Source: Alphaproteobacteria bacterium (lineage in GTDB: Bacteria; Pseudomonadota; Alphaproteobacteria; UBA828). Taken from it: a stretch of 64,000 bases of DNA. Every line of letters starts with the position of its first letter. The stretch's first letter is position 1. The position numbers and the translations under genes are program-made. The DNA lies in the NCBI GenBank assembly GCA_965214705.1, contig CBDCCI010000002.1, forward strand, positions 2,912,001-2,976,000, given 5' to 3'. Under the pieces are notes generated by a model. The model searched no databases. It was given only the letters and a program-made list of their open reading frames with translations, and was not told the origin of the DNA. Of the stretch, positions 54,708 to 63,834 are shown in pieces.

Positions 54708-55862
54708 TCAGCCGCTTCCTTCGGAATGGACAGGGACCGAGAAACGGAAGGTCATGCCGCCGCCTTCGCGCGTCTCGGCGGTGATTTCGCCGCCATGTCC
54801 CTCGACGATGGTACGGCATATCGACAGTCCGATGCCGATGCCATCGGGTTTCGAGGAAACGAAGGGCTCGAACAATCGCGGCTCGATATCGGGCGCCAGT
54901 CCCGGCCCCGTGTCGCTCACCTCCACTTCGACAACGCCGTCACGCTGCACAGTGGCAACGACGATCCTGCGCGACTCGCTGGCGCTCAGCGCATCAATGC
55001 TGTTGCGCACCAGATTGAGCACGACCTGTTGAATCTGGATGCAGTCGATCAGGACCGGCGGCAGATCCTGCGAGAGCTCGAGACTCACCTCAATGCCCGC
55101 CGCCGCGGAGCCCAACGCTGCCAGGGCACAAGTGTCCCGGACCAGCCCGTTGATGTCCTCGACCGCCCGGTCGGTATCGCCACGGTGCGTCAAGTCATAC
55201 AGGCGTTGAATAACGTTGGCTGCTCTGTGAGATTGAGCGACAGCCTTGCTCATATATTCCCGAGCCTGTTTCGGGACTCTGCTGTCGCTATCGTCAATGA
55301 GGGCCGCACCAGCCTCGACGAACCCGACGATGGCAGAAAGTGGCTGATTCAGTTCGTGAGCAAGCGCCGAGCCCATCTCTCCCAGGGCGCTTGCGCGCGA
55401 AACCCGCATCAACTCGGACTGCAGCTCCTCGATTCTCTCTTGAGCGCGCTTTCTTGCCGAGAGATCGTGGACCGTGCCAACGAACAACAACTCCCCGCTC
55501 GCTCCACGGAGCTCGCCGACCGACAGTCGCATCGGAAATGTCGATCCATCGCGCTTTTGCCCTACAACATCGCGACCGATGCCGATGATTTTTGCTTGTC
55601 CGGTCCGAACATAATTCTGCACATACATATCGTGATTGTCGCGGTGAGGCTGCGGCATCAGCAACTTTACGTTCTTGCCGAGTACATGCTCCGCCGGATA
55701 TTCGAACAGCCGTTCGCTCGCTGCGTTGTAGAGCAGAACGGTTCCCAGTTGATCGATTACGATCATGCCGTCGATAGCCTGATCGATCGCCTGGCGGAGT
55801 TCCTGCTCAGTGAATCTTGCCGCCAGCTTGCGTTCTCCCCTGCTTGGCGTCGACCCTGGCAT
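54708..55862 (-). CDS. fixL: Soluble heme-PAS sensor kinase FixL
   Basis: LMPQPHRDNHDMY...KIIGIGRDVVG...FPMRLSVGE heme-PAS; LAHELNQPL; start approximate. Confidence 0.92.
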   Translation of the reverse strand: MPGSTPSRGERKLAARFTEQELRQAIDQAIDGMIVIDQLGTVLLYNAASERLFEYPAEHVLGKNVKLLMPQPHRDNHDMYVQNYVRTGQAKIIGIGRDVVGQKRDGSTFPMRLSVGELRGASGELLFVGTVHDLSARKRAQERIEELQSELMRVSRASALGEMGSALAHELNQPLSAIVGFVEAGAALIDDSDSRVPKQAREYMSKAVAQSHRAANVIQRLYDLTHRGDTDRAVEDINGLVRDTCALAALGSAAAGIEVSLELSQDLPPVLIDCIQIQQVVLNLVRNSIDALSASESRRIVVATVQRDGVVEVEVSDTGPGLAPDIEPRLFEPFVSSKPDGIGIGLSICRTIVEGHGGEITAETREGGGMTFRFSVPVHSEGSG

Positions 55863-56246
55863 TTCAGTATCGACCTTGGTCTTTTCTCCGATTCGACTCC
55901 CAATTGAGCTGGATGGTTTCAGTCCGATGCAGAAACTCATGCCCTGTGTGAGAGCGACTGCGGGCGATACGATCTATGGGCCGATCCCACGCTGCCGGCG
56001 GACGAGGTGAACGCGCGTCCCCATCGAGCCCATGCACGTCGGCCATTCGCTCCCCCGCCTGCACGGCCTCCAGCTCGGCCTGAACCGATCGCTGGGAGCG
56101 CAGGCATCTCGATGACGCACTCCTGCGGCAACCTCGACGCGGGTTGCATCGCCACCCGCACCATACCACAGGACTCGCGATCATGATGGCCGCTGGAACG
56201 CGCTCGAAGCGCTCTCGTAGCTCGGCGGTCGTTTCGTGTGCCAGGT

Positions 56247-57884
56247 TCAATCGATGCGAGGCGGGCCGCCTCGTTGCGTCCGGGCAGGGTGCGGCACTTG
56301 CTCGTCCACGTGTGCGGCGAACCCTGAGCCGGCCTCTGCGTATGCGTTGAATACCGTCGATGCGCCGGCCTGTTCGAGCAGCTTGATCTCGTCCTGGAAC
56401 CTGGCCGTGGCGGCAACCCGACCGCCAAACGAGGCGGCCTTGAGCTGGTCGAGGACCGCGAGGCTGGCCGCCAGGTTCGGCAGCGCCAGCATCACCAGCT
56501 CAAGTGTGTGGGCGGCCCCGACGCGGTCCCAAAAGTCGGCGTCGCTGGGATCGCCGAGCAGCACGTTGCGGCCCGTCGACTGCTGGCGTTCTACCGTGAT
56601 CGGATCGATGTCGATGCCGACCACGGTCGCGCCATGCGATCGATGCATGCTGTCGTAGGTCCCGGTGCCGATACGCCCCATGCCGATGATGGCGATCGTC
56701 GCTCCTCCGATATCGAGCAGCCCGTCGTCGGCGAGACGCCCCGGTCGTTGCAGGCGTTTCCACGTCGTCCGATACCGGGTGTAGATCCGATGGGCAACGA
56801 CGTTGAGTCCCGCGGAGGCGGCGCAGGACAGAGACAACGCAATCGCGATAGCGATCAACCAGCCCCCGTCGATCCAGCCGTTGGCGACGCCGATGGCCGC
56901 GACAATGAGCCCGAATTCGCTGTAGTTGGTCAGGTGCAATGAGGCAAGCAACGAGGTGCGAGCCCGCAGCTTGAACCCCGTCAGCAGACCGAAGAAGAGG
57001 ACCGACTTGAGAAACACGAACGGCGTGATGGCCGCGCCGACCAGAACCGCCTCCATCTCCAGCTGTCCGGACAGTCCGATGGACAGGAAGAAGCCGAGCA
57101 GGAACAGATCCTTGAAGCCCAGCATGGTCTTTGCCAATTCGTCGGCCTTGTTGTGGCTGGCGATCACAACGCCCAGGACGAGGGCACCGAGGTCGCCTTT
57201 CAGCCCAACCAGCTCGAACGCTTCGGCGCCGCCCAAGGCGAGAAGGAAACCGTAGAGGACCAGAAGCTCGCCATGACCGACCCGCTGCAGAACAAGCGTC
57301 AGCACCGGCCGCAGCGGAACGACGAGCAACGCCAGAAGTGCCCATAACGTCGGCCACGTTCCAACCGAGATCGCGAGAAACACGACGGCGGCGAGGTCCT
57401 GCACGATGAGAATACCGATCGCAATTCGTCCATGGAGCGACGTCGTCTCCCCTTTCTCCTCGAGTACCTTCACCACGAAGACGGTGCTGGAAAAGCTCAA
57501 TGCAAAGGCGATCAGCGCAGAGCGCGAAAGATCGAGACCGGAGAGAAAGGACGTGCCCAGAAGGGCCAGGACATAGATGACCGTTCCGAAGACCAGAACG
57601 ACGATCGTCATATGCAACCCGGTGACTGCCCAAACCTGTGGCCGCGCGAAGGTGCGAAGGTTGAGCTTGAGGCCGACGATGAACAGCAACAGGGTGATGC
57701 CGAGGTCCGACAGTTTCTGGAGGATTTCCCCGCTGCCGATTCCGTAAACGTTCAGAACGAACCCGGTCGCGAGGAAGCCGACCAGGGGCGGCAGCCCGAC
57801 GGTCTTGGACAGCAAGCCCATCACGAATGCCATGGCGATCCATGCGACGTCATCCAGGGCGATGGCAATCAACTCGAAATCCAT
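56247..57884 (-). CDS. CPA2 cation:proton antiporter with TrkA-N domain
   Basis: LPPLVGFL, FSSTV, ILIVQD, SEFGLI, IIGMGRIG. Confidence 0.9.
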   Translation of the reverse strand: MDFELIAIALDDVAWIAMAFVMGLLSKTVGLPPLVGFLATGFVLNVYGIGSGEILQKLSDLGITLLLFIVGLKLNLRTFARPQVWAVTGLHMTIVVLVFGTVIYVLALLGTSFLSGLDLSRSALIAFALSFSSTVFVVKVLEEKGETTSLHGRIAIGILIVQDLAAVVFLAISVGTWPTLWALLALLVVPLRPVLTLVLQRVGHGELLVLYGFLLALGGAEAFELVGLKGDLGALVLGVVIASHNKADELAKTMLGFKDLFLLGFFLSIGLSGQLEMEAVLVGAAITPFVFLKSVLFFGLLTGFKLRARTSLLASLHLTNYSEFGLIVAAIGVANGWIDGGWLIAIAIALSLSCAASAGLNVVAHRIYTRYRTTWKRLQRPGRLADDGLLDIGGATIAIIGMGRIGTGTYDSMHRSHGATVVGIDIDPITVERQQSTGRNVLLGDPSDADFWDRVGAAHTLELVMLALPNLAASLAVLDQLKAASFGGRVAATARFQDEIKLLEQAGASTVFNAYAEAGSGFAAHVDEQVPHPARTQRGGPPRID

Positions 57885-58203
57885 GGTGCTACTGCCCGTT
57901 TCTCCCCAAGTCCGAACGCCATTCGCTAAGCCACATTGCAGTCATCCGATACTGAAGAAGGCGTCATTGTCGTTAGTGGAAACATGTCGATCCGGGGCAT
58001 CGCGCCGGCACATGGCCCCGGCGATCGGTGACGGCCCTGGTGACGAGCAGGAGGAACAGTCTCTTGTGGGCGAGCAGGGTTCGCGATTCGAAACCGCGCA
58101 CCCGCCGAAGGATAACCCGGCGGTCATACCGAAGCCGGCTAGTAACTTCCGACTCCGAGCACTGGCACGAATTCTCTCCGAGCAGGCGGCGCGTCGAGAC
58201 TAG

Positions 58204-58325
58204 GCCGTGTATTCACTAACGCAGAAACTGCCTGAATACATGGGATTTTCGTCAGCTGGTCGTTTGAGACATATTTGGGCAAATCATTGTTTGAACAGAA
58301 CTTTCTGCGTTAACGAGTACAGACT
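58204..58325. mobile_element. 122-bp MITE-like element
   Basis: AT-rich; imperfect 24-bp TIRs GCCGTGTATTCACTAACGCAGAAA / AGTCTGTACTCGTTAACGCAGAAA; CTAG on both flanks. Confidence 0.75.
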
Positions 58326-59147
58326 CTAGTGAGACATCAGGACCGGCACGGTCATCTCGCCCAGAACGTGGCGGGTCACGCCGCCCAGCAGGAGCTCCTT
58401 CAGCCGATGGTGACCGTAAGCACCCATGACGAGCAGTTCGGCACCCTGATCGCTCACGGTAGACAGAAGGATATTGGCAACGTCGATGTCCGAAGACCCG
58501 ACCGTGTGCTGGACTCCTGCGCTGACTTCATGCCGGGTTAGATGAGTGCTCACGTCTGCACCCGGAATGCGCCTGCTGTCGCCTGTGTCGATACCGAAGA
58601 CGACCACCTTGTTCGCCTGCTGCAACAGCGGCAGCGCGTCGGTCAGAGCGCGCTTCGCCTCTCGGCTGCCGTTCCAGGCGACCGTGACCGTCTCCGGACT
58701 GACGCCGAAGGAACCGGTGTACGGCCAAACCAGTACGGGTCCTCCGGCGGCGAGCACCACGCCGTCCGCCAAGGCTCCCACGTTATCATCGTCCTCATCA
58801 TGAGTTTGACCGACAATGGTGATGTCGGCGAAGCGTGCGATAGTCGAGACCGCATCGACCGGATCGCCCGTCATGAGGCGCCATTCGCCCTGCACCGACG
58901 TCTGAGCTATCCGCTCCCCGAACGCCCGTTCGACCTCTGCGGCAGAATTGCGCTGGCGCACGTCCAGCTCCCTCAGAATGTTCGGTGGAATTCGAAAGCT
59001 CGCATACTCCTGATAGAGAAGATCGGGTAGCACGTACACGCCGGTGACCCTGCCCTGGTGGCGTTCCGCCAGCGCGATGGCGGCATCCAGGCGCGCGGGC
59101 GAGCGCTTGTCCCGAGCCAAGTGCACCAGAATGTCCCTGTATGCCAT
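58326..59147 (-). CDS. Tandem-domain universal stress protein (close paralog of 32516-33340)
   Basis: YRDILVHLARD, GGPVLVWPY, LLVMGAYGHHRL, PVLMSH. Confidence 0.93.
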   Translation of the reverse strand: MAYRDILVHLARDKRSPARLDAAIALAERHQGRVTGVYVLPDLLYQEYASFRIPPNILRELDVRQRNSAAEVERAFGERIAQTSVQGEWRLMTGDPVDAVSTIARFADITIVGQTHDEDDDNVGALADGVVLAAGGPVLVWPYTGSFGVSPETVTVAWNGSREAKRALTDALPLLQQANKVVVFGIDTGDSRRIPGADVSTHLTRHEVSAGVQHTVGSSDIDVANILLSTVSDQGAELLVMGAYGHHRLKELLLGGVTRHVLGEMTVPVLMSH

Positions 59148-59249
59148 GATCTTCTCCCGTGTCAGGTCGCGCTCACCGGAATCTCTCGTCGTGAGTGCCA
59201 CCGATTGAATGGTCCCGGGGAGCCGGTTCGCGATGCGTCGTGCTTCCGT

Positions 59250-60281
59250 TCAGGGCCTGTCGACAATGGTAGTTGCGGAGAAGCCGAGCCAGTCCACGCG
59301 TCTGCCGATATCGGCCTCTATCTTCTGGATGAATGCGTGAAGATTGCCCTGCGAGTCTCCCAGTTCCTGCTCGCCGCCCACGAAGTCCAGATGGTTCAGG
59401 ACCACCCGGGTCGGCCGGTTGACCGCAAGCGCCCGCTTCACCAGCTTGGCGTCAAAGCGGGCCGGCCTGCGCAACAAGCCGGTGGACACCGTCAGCTCGG
59501 ACGCTATGTCCCGGCGCCCGGTCTCTTCGGCGATGGCCTCCCACGTCATTTCCCCGACGAGCGGTCCCGTATCCCCGGCCTCCCTGATCGGGAAAGACCG
59601 GACGACCATGGTGATGTCATCGACATCCACGGGGCTCAGTCCGGCTTCGGCCAGCGCGCCGGCCGCCGTCGTGCACCGCGCGGTTGCGTGCGGCCAGCAG
59701 CCGCCGTCCAGAATCGACATTCCGAAGCCGTGCGTGCCTTCGACGACGACCCGGTTGCCGTCTTCGATATGCTGGCGGAGACGCGTGCCGACATCGCCAA
59801 GGAAGCGCGCGAGTCTGGGCTCGTCCGCAGCGAAAACGGAACGCAGAGGGAGGTTTCTGGCCTGACGTGCCACCGACGCCATGATGGCCGCACCCACACC
59901 GGAACCGGCCGAGCCCAGCGTGCTGATGAGCTCTCCCGCCATTTCCCATTCCCGGTGCCGGGCGGTTATGACGTGCGCAAGGCGGCTGACCGAAACGCGC
60001 TCCTCGTCCAGGCCCAGCGTCTCGATTTCTTGCAAGAGAATATCGACATCGATGTACGAACCTGCGGGGAAGGCGACATCGACATCCCTGTCGACGCAGC
60101 AGGCGGGCAATTGGCGGAGCGAGTGCCGCTTTCCGGAGCGGTCGTAGGACGTATGTTCCGTGTCGGGACCACCAACACGTACCGCGACGACTTCCTCTTG
60201 AGACCGTCTCACGAGCTCAAGGGCCGTCTTGCCTTTGCCCTCGGAGCCGAACTGACCTCCAATCACGATCGAAACGGGCAT
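59250..60281 (-). CDS. Divergent adenylosuccinate synthetase paralog (PurZ0-like)
   Basis: GGQFGSEGKGK, RQLP, EGTHG, VVRSFPIR...GPL..E..W, NHLD; 343 aa; GGGGAGGT RBS. Confidence 0.85.
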   Translation of the reverse strand: MPVSIVIGGQFGSEGKGKTALELVRRSQEEVVAVRVGGPDTEHTSYDRSGKRHSLRQLPACCVDRDVDVAFPAGSYIDVDILLQEIETLGLDEERVSVSRLAHVITARHREWEMAGELISTLGSAGSGVGAAIMASVARQARNLPLRSVFAADEPRLARFLGDVGTRLRQHIEDGNRVVVEGTHGFGMSILDGGCWPHATARCTTAAGALAEAGLSPVDVDDITMVVRSFPIREAGDTGPLVGEMTWEAIAEETGRRDIASELTVSTGLLRRPARFDAKLVKRALAVNRPTRVVLNHLDFVGGEQELGDSQGNLHAFIQKIEADIGRRVDWLGFSATTIVDRP

Positions 60282-60394
60282 GGCTCACCTCCCCGCGCCT
60301 CGTCCCGAGCGCCGTCGACCTTCGAGTCGATGGGCAGCGGTCCAATCCGAATCGCCCGACTGAATGATGGTCGTGGCCCCTTTGCCGCAAACCG

Positions 60395-60763
60395 TCACGA
60401 GCGAACTCCTGCGGGCTCCGCGTTCGTTGCCGTGAGGCGATCTGGCCTCGTCGCGCCGGCGAGCGGCTCCGCTCGGCAAACGCAGGCCTCTCGCGGTGCA
60501 TCCCTTGGCCCGCCCTTCCGGCTAGGAGCGTCCAGGGCCTGTTCGAGCTGCGCCGCCAACTGCCGCGCCGCTGCCGGGGACAGGACGAAGATGTAATCCC
60601 TGAATTCCCTCTTCCAGTCGGCTTCGCACAAATGAACCGCGACCGTCCGCCCTGTGCCGTCCATCGCCGCGGCCAATTCCCCCACCACACGAACCGGCAG
60701 GCGCGGAAACCCCTTTGGATGCCGGAATCCGTGCTTGATATCGGCAGGAATGCACTTCGTCAT
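60395..60763 (-). CDS. Hypothetical protein
   Basis: MTKCIPADIK...DYIFVLSPAAARQLAAQLEQAL; co-directional with its neighbours. Confidence 0.5.
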   Translation of the reverse strand: MTKCIPADIKHGFRHPKGFPRLPVRVVGELAAAMDGTGRTVAVHLCEADWKREFRDYIFVLSPAAARQLAAQLEQALDAPSRKGGPRDAPREACVCRAEPLAGATRPDRLTATNAEPAGVRS

Positions 60764-60941
60764 CCTCTGTCCTCTGCTCCGATGCCTCTCGGGCCCGATC
60801 AAGATCAACAGGATCGCCGCGGGGAAGACGATCCCCAGGATGAACCTTCAGGAACCGCCGTGCCCTCGATTGCGTGCCGCGAGAGCACGCAACCTCCCGC
60901 CTCGCAACATCGCGTTCCTGATATGGCGCGCGCAGGCCGGT

Positions 60942-61235
60942 TCACCACGCGACGGGCTCCCCATAGCCGTTGAGGAGCCACTTGATTGCGTAATCGACAG
61001 GCTTCTCGATGGGACAGCGCAGCATCGAGAGCCTGATGAGGGCGTCGCGCCTGGCTTCTTCCTCGGTGACGAAAGTGTCCGCGCTAGAGATGATGCTTTC
61101 GTGGAGCCCCTTGCCGTCTTCCGTACGGCAATGCCTGACGAGCGACCAGACGATAGCCGCGTCTCCCGCCTCGTCCGCGTCCTTCTTCAGGCGCGCCGCC
61201 TGGAGCTCGACGATGTAGTGCCAATCCAGGGCCAT
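60942..61235 (-). CDS. Hypothetical protein
   Basis: MALDWHYIVEL...TFVTEEEARRDA...; ATG overlaps the upstream stop (TGATG). Confidence 0.6.
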   Translation of the reverse strand: MALDWHYIVELQAARLKKDADEAGDAAIVWSLVRHCRTEDGKGLHESIISSADTFVTEEEARRDALIRLSMLRCPIEKPVDYAIKWLLNGYGEPVAW

Positions 61236-61588
61236 CAGAAGTTCCTCAGCGTCAGAAGGGCGTTGTGGCAGGCCCAATCCTCGCGGTCCGGGCGCGTGAT
61301 GAGGAGGCGGTCGTCGCCGGCGACGAAGCGCTTCAGTCGATTCCGGAGTTGCCATGCCGATGCTCCCTCGCAGCGAATGCCCCAAAGAGAAGCGAGCACC
61401 TTCCGCCCGGCCATGCTCTTCAGGGCACCAACAAGCTCCGGATAATCGGCATCCGGGCCTGTGAGATCGCAACTCACCAGGTACACCAGCGGCCGATGCA
61501 ATTCGGAAAGGTGGTCCGCGCCTGCGGGTACCGGATGGAACGCAAGCGCGGACCCACGAGACACCGGAGCAGACAGATGGCGTCTCAT
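61235..61588 (-). CDS. Stand-alone Cas2/VapD-like small ferredoxin-fold protein
   Basis: VYLVSCDL..P..DY..L..AL...LASLW.I...SA.QLRNRL....DDRLLI pattern; alternative GTG start at 61486. Confidence 0.6.
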   Translation of the reverse strand: MRRHLSAPVSRGSALAFHPVPAGADHLSELHRPLVYLVSCDLTGPDADYPELVGALKSMAGRKVLASLWGIRCEGASAWQLRNRLKRFVAGDDRLLITRPDREDWACHNALLTLRNF

Positions 61589-61839
61589 GCAGTCAGCCGA
61601 TCCAGGATCTTGCCAGGAGAGAAGTGCACGCGAGCAGTCACCCCCTCCCGATTGGGGCGCAGACAGATCCTGCGAACTGGCTGCACTGGAAGCTCTGCCA
61701 TCTTTGCTGTCTTGCCGTCGGTCAGGCCCAGCAAATGGAGGAGGAGAGTCTTGGTCGTGGTCTCTGATCGCACGTGCCAGCCCTTCCTCGACGCCCAGAC
61801 CGCGAAGCGCAGTATTGGAGACAAGAATTCCGGTCCCAT
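61585..61839 (-). CDS. Possible small hypothetical protein
   Basis: 84-aa ORF whose stop overlaps the next ATG (ATGA); no recognisable motif. Confidence 0.3.
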   Translation of the reverse strand: MGPEFLSPILRFAVWASRKGWHVRSETTTKTLLLHLLGLTDGKTAKMAELPVQPVRRICLRPNREGVTARVHFSPGKILDRLTA

Positions 61840-61909
61840 TGGGAGGCCGGACAGCTGAGTTACGAGCCGTTTCGCGACATCACTACTAGCTGTTGGGCGT
61901 CCACGGTCG

Positions 61910-61946
61910 CAATTCGGGATTCATACCTAAGCGGAATTGCGTAACG
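61910..61946. promoter_or_regulatory. 37-bp conserved motif, copy 3
   Basis: CAATTCGGGATTCATACCTAAGCGGAATTGCGTAACG. Confidence 0.7.
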
Positions 61947-62095
61947 ATCCCGGTGCTCGCGCTTTCCGCCTCCCCGATCAAGGTCTCGAGCCCGCAGACA
62001 AGCGCGTGGACCACGCCGTCTCCGGTGTGTCACAGGGGTTGCGACCGACGCGTTCGGTGATCGGCAGCGGCGGGATCGGCGATGATCGCCATTAG

Positions 62096-62244
62096 GGAAC
62101 CTCTGATTTGTCAGGGGTTCCCGTGGCACAGGGATGTGCCACCAATATCGGTGGCTATAAGTCACTGAAAATGTGAGAAAAGCGGAAAGCGCGCTTTCGC
62201 CTTGCGCGTCTGAGAAGTGCAGGAGGCACTTATTCAGACCTTCC
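62096..62244. mobile_element. 149-bp IS5-family-derived MITE
   Basis: Ends GGAACCTCTGATTT / GGAAGGTCTGAATAAG (reverse complement; resembles the IS5 TIR); TTAG duplicated at 62092-62095 and 62245-62248. Confidence 0.82.
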
Positions 62245-62543
62245 TTAGTGCCACCATGGCTGTGATGAACACCGATTTACCAACCATCGCGCCTTTTCCA
62301 GTGACGCACAGCGGCCCGCTGCACCGCGAAGCTTGTCCCGGCCCCATGATGGAGGATCGTCGTGCGGCATCGTAGCCGGGCAGCGCGAATGCTAATAGCC
62401 TCGTCCTTGCCGTCGACCTCTCGCCCGCCAAATTGCCGTTGAAAGGCGTCCTCCGAGGCACGACATCTTTGTCGGTCGCCGCGAGCGTGATACCCGGCGA
62501 CCCGATGATCGAACGAGTGCGATGCCTCCCGAAAGACGACTGA

Positions 62544-63488
62544 ATGGAGTTCAAGGATTACTACGAGACTCTGGGTGTCGGGCGTGACGCGAAGCCGGAC
62601 GAGATCAAGCGTGCCCACCGGCGCCTGGCGCGCAAGCTCCATCCGGACCTGAACAGAGAGCCGGATGCGGAAGACCGCTTCAAGGAGGTCCAGGAAGCCT
62701 ACGAGGTGCTGAAGGACCCGGAGAAGCGCGCGGCCTACGATCGCTTCGGCGCCGACTGGAAGGCGGGCCAGGAATTCCGCCCGCCGCCGGACTGGCAACC
62801 CGATGTCGACTTCGCCGGAGGCGGCTACACCGGGGCCGGCGAGTTCAGCGACTTCTTCGAGGCCCTGTTCGGCGGCGCCGGGCACCGCCGCTCGAGCGGT
62901 GGCTACACGCATCTGCGCATGAAGGGCGAGGACATTCATGCTCGGATCGCCATCTCGCTGGAGGATTCCTTCCGCGGCGCGACGCGCAACCTAACCCTGG
63001 AGGTCCCGCAGTTTGACGACGAGGGCCGCCTGGTGACCCGGCGACACACCCTGAACGTCACGATCCCGAAGGGCGTGGTCCAGGGCCAGCAGATTCGGCT
63101 CCGGGGCCAGGGCGGGCCGGGCCTCGGCGGCGCTCCGGACGGCGACCTTTACCTGGAAATCGTCTTCGCGCCGCACCGGCTGTTCCACGCGACCGGACGC
63201 GACATCCACCTCGATCTGCCGGTGGCGCCGTGGGAAGCCGCGCTCGGCGCCACGGTCACCGCGCCGACGCTCGGCGGCGACGTGGAGCTGAAGGTCCCCG
63301 CGGGCTCGGCGACCGGGAGCCGGCTGCGGCTGAGGGGCCGGGGCTTGCCCGGCACGCTGGCGGGCGACCAGTATGTCGAGATCGAGATACAGACCCCGAA
63401 GCCGGAGACCGACGAGGCGCGCGCACTCTACGAGCGGATGAGCCGGGAGATGGCCTTCGATCCGCGGGCCGGACTCGGGAAGGGTTGA
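62544..63488 (+). CDS. cbpA: Curved DNA-binding DnaJ-class co-chaperone CbpA
   Basis: [27 protein letters not shown]; no zinc finger; followed by cbpM. Confidence 0.92.
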   Translation: MEFKDYYETLGVGRDAKPDEIKRAHRRLARKLHPDLNREPDAEDRFKEVQEAYEVLKDPEKRAAYDRFGADWKAGQEFRPPPDWQPDVDFAGGGYTGAGEFSDFFEALFGGAGHRRSSGGYTHLRMKGEDIHARIAISLEDSFRGATRNLTLEVPQFDDEGRLVTRRHTLNVTIPKGVVQGQQIRLRGQGGPGLGGAPDGDLYLEIVFAPHRLFHATGRDIHLDLPVAPWEAALGATVTAPTLGGDVELKVPAGSATGSRLRLRGRGLPGTLAGDQYVEIEIQTPKPETDEARALYERMSREMAFDPRAGLGKG

Positions 63489-63492
63489 AGCG

Positions 63493-63834
63493 ATGGCCAG
63501 ACGCGAAATTCAGCAATTCTCCGGTACGCTGCTCGACGAGCGCACAGTCTTCACCCTGCGCGAGCTTTGCGTGGCCTGCGGGGTGCATGCGGAGATCGTG
63601 ATCGAGATGGTTGACGAAGGCGTGCTGGAGCCTCGGGGCGCCGATCCGTCCGACTGGCGCTTTTCGGGCAGCGCGGTGACGCGCGCACAGAAGGCACTCA
63701 AACTCTCCCGCGATCTCCGCGTCAACTGGCCAGGGGCAGCTCTTGCCCTCGATCTGCTGGAGGAAATCGAACGTTTGCGTTCGCGCCGTCACGCGGCCTT
63801 GCGGTCCGCACGGCACCAAGACTCCGACGTTTAG
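63493..63834 (+). CDS. cbpM: Chaperone modulator CbpM
   Basis: EMVDEGVLEP, RDLRVNWPGAALALDLLEEIERLR. Confidence 0.92.
   Translation: MARREIQQFSGTLLDERTVFTLRELCVACGVHAEIVIEMVDEGVLEPRGADPSDWRFSGSAVTRAQKALKLSRDLRVNWPGAALALDLLEEIERLRSRRHAALRSARHQDSDV

Noticed and set aside
59250-61839. Prophage carrying a Z-genome pathway
   Set aside because: No structural, integrase, polymerase, DatZ or MazZ genes are recognisable in the window
61235-62248. CRISPR-Cas locus suggested by the Cas2-like ORF and the 37-bp repeats
   Set aside because: No cas1 or other cas genes; the repeats are about 8 kb apart with no spacer array
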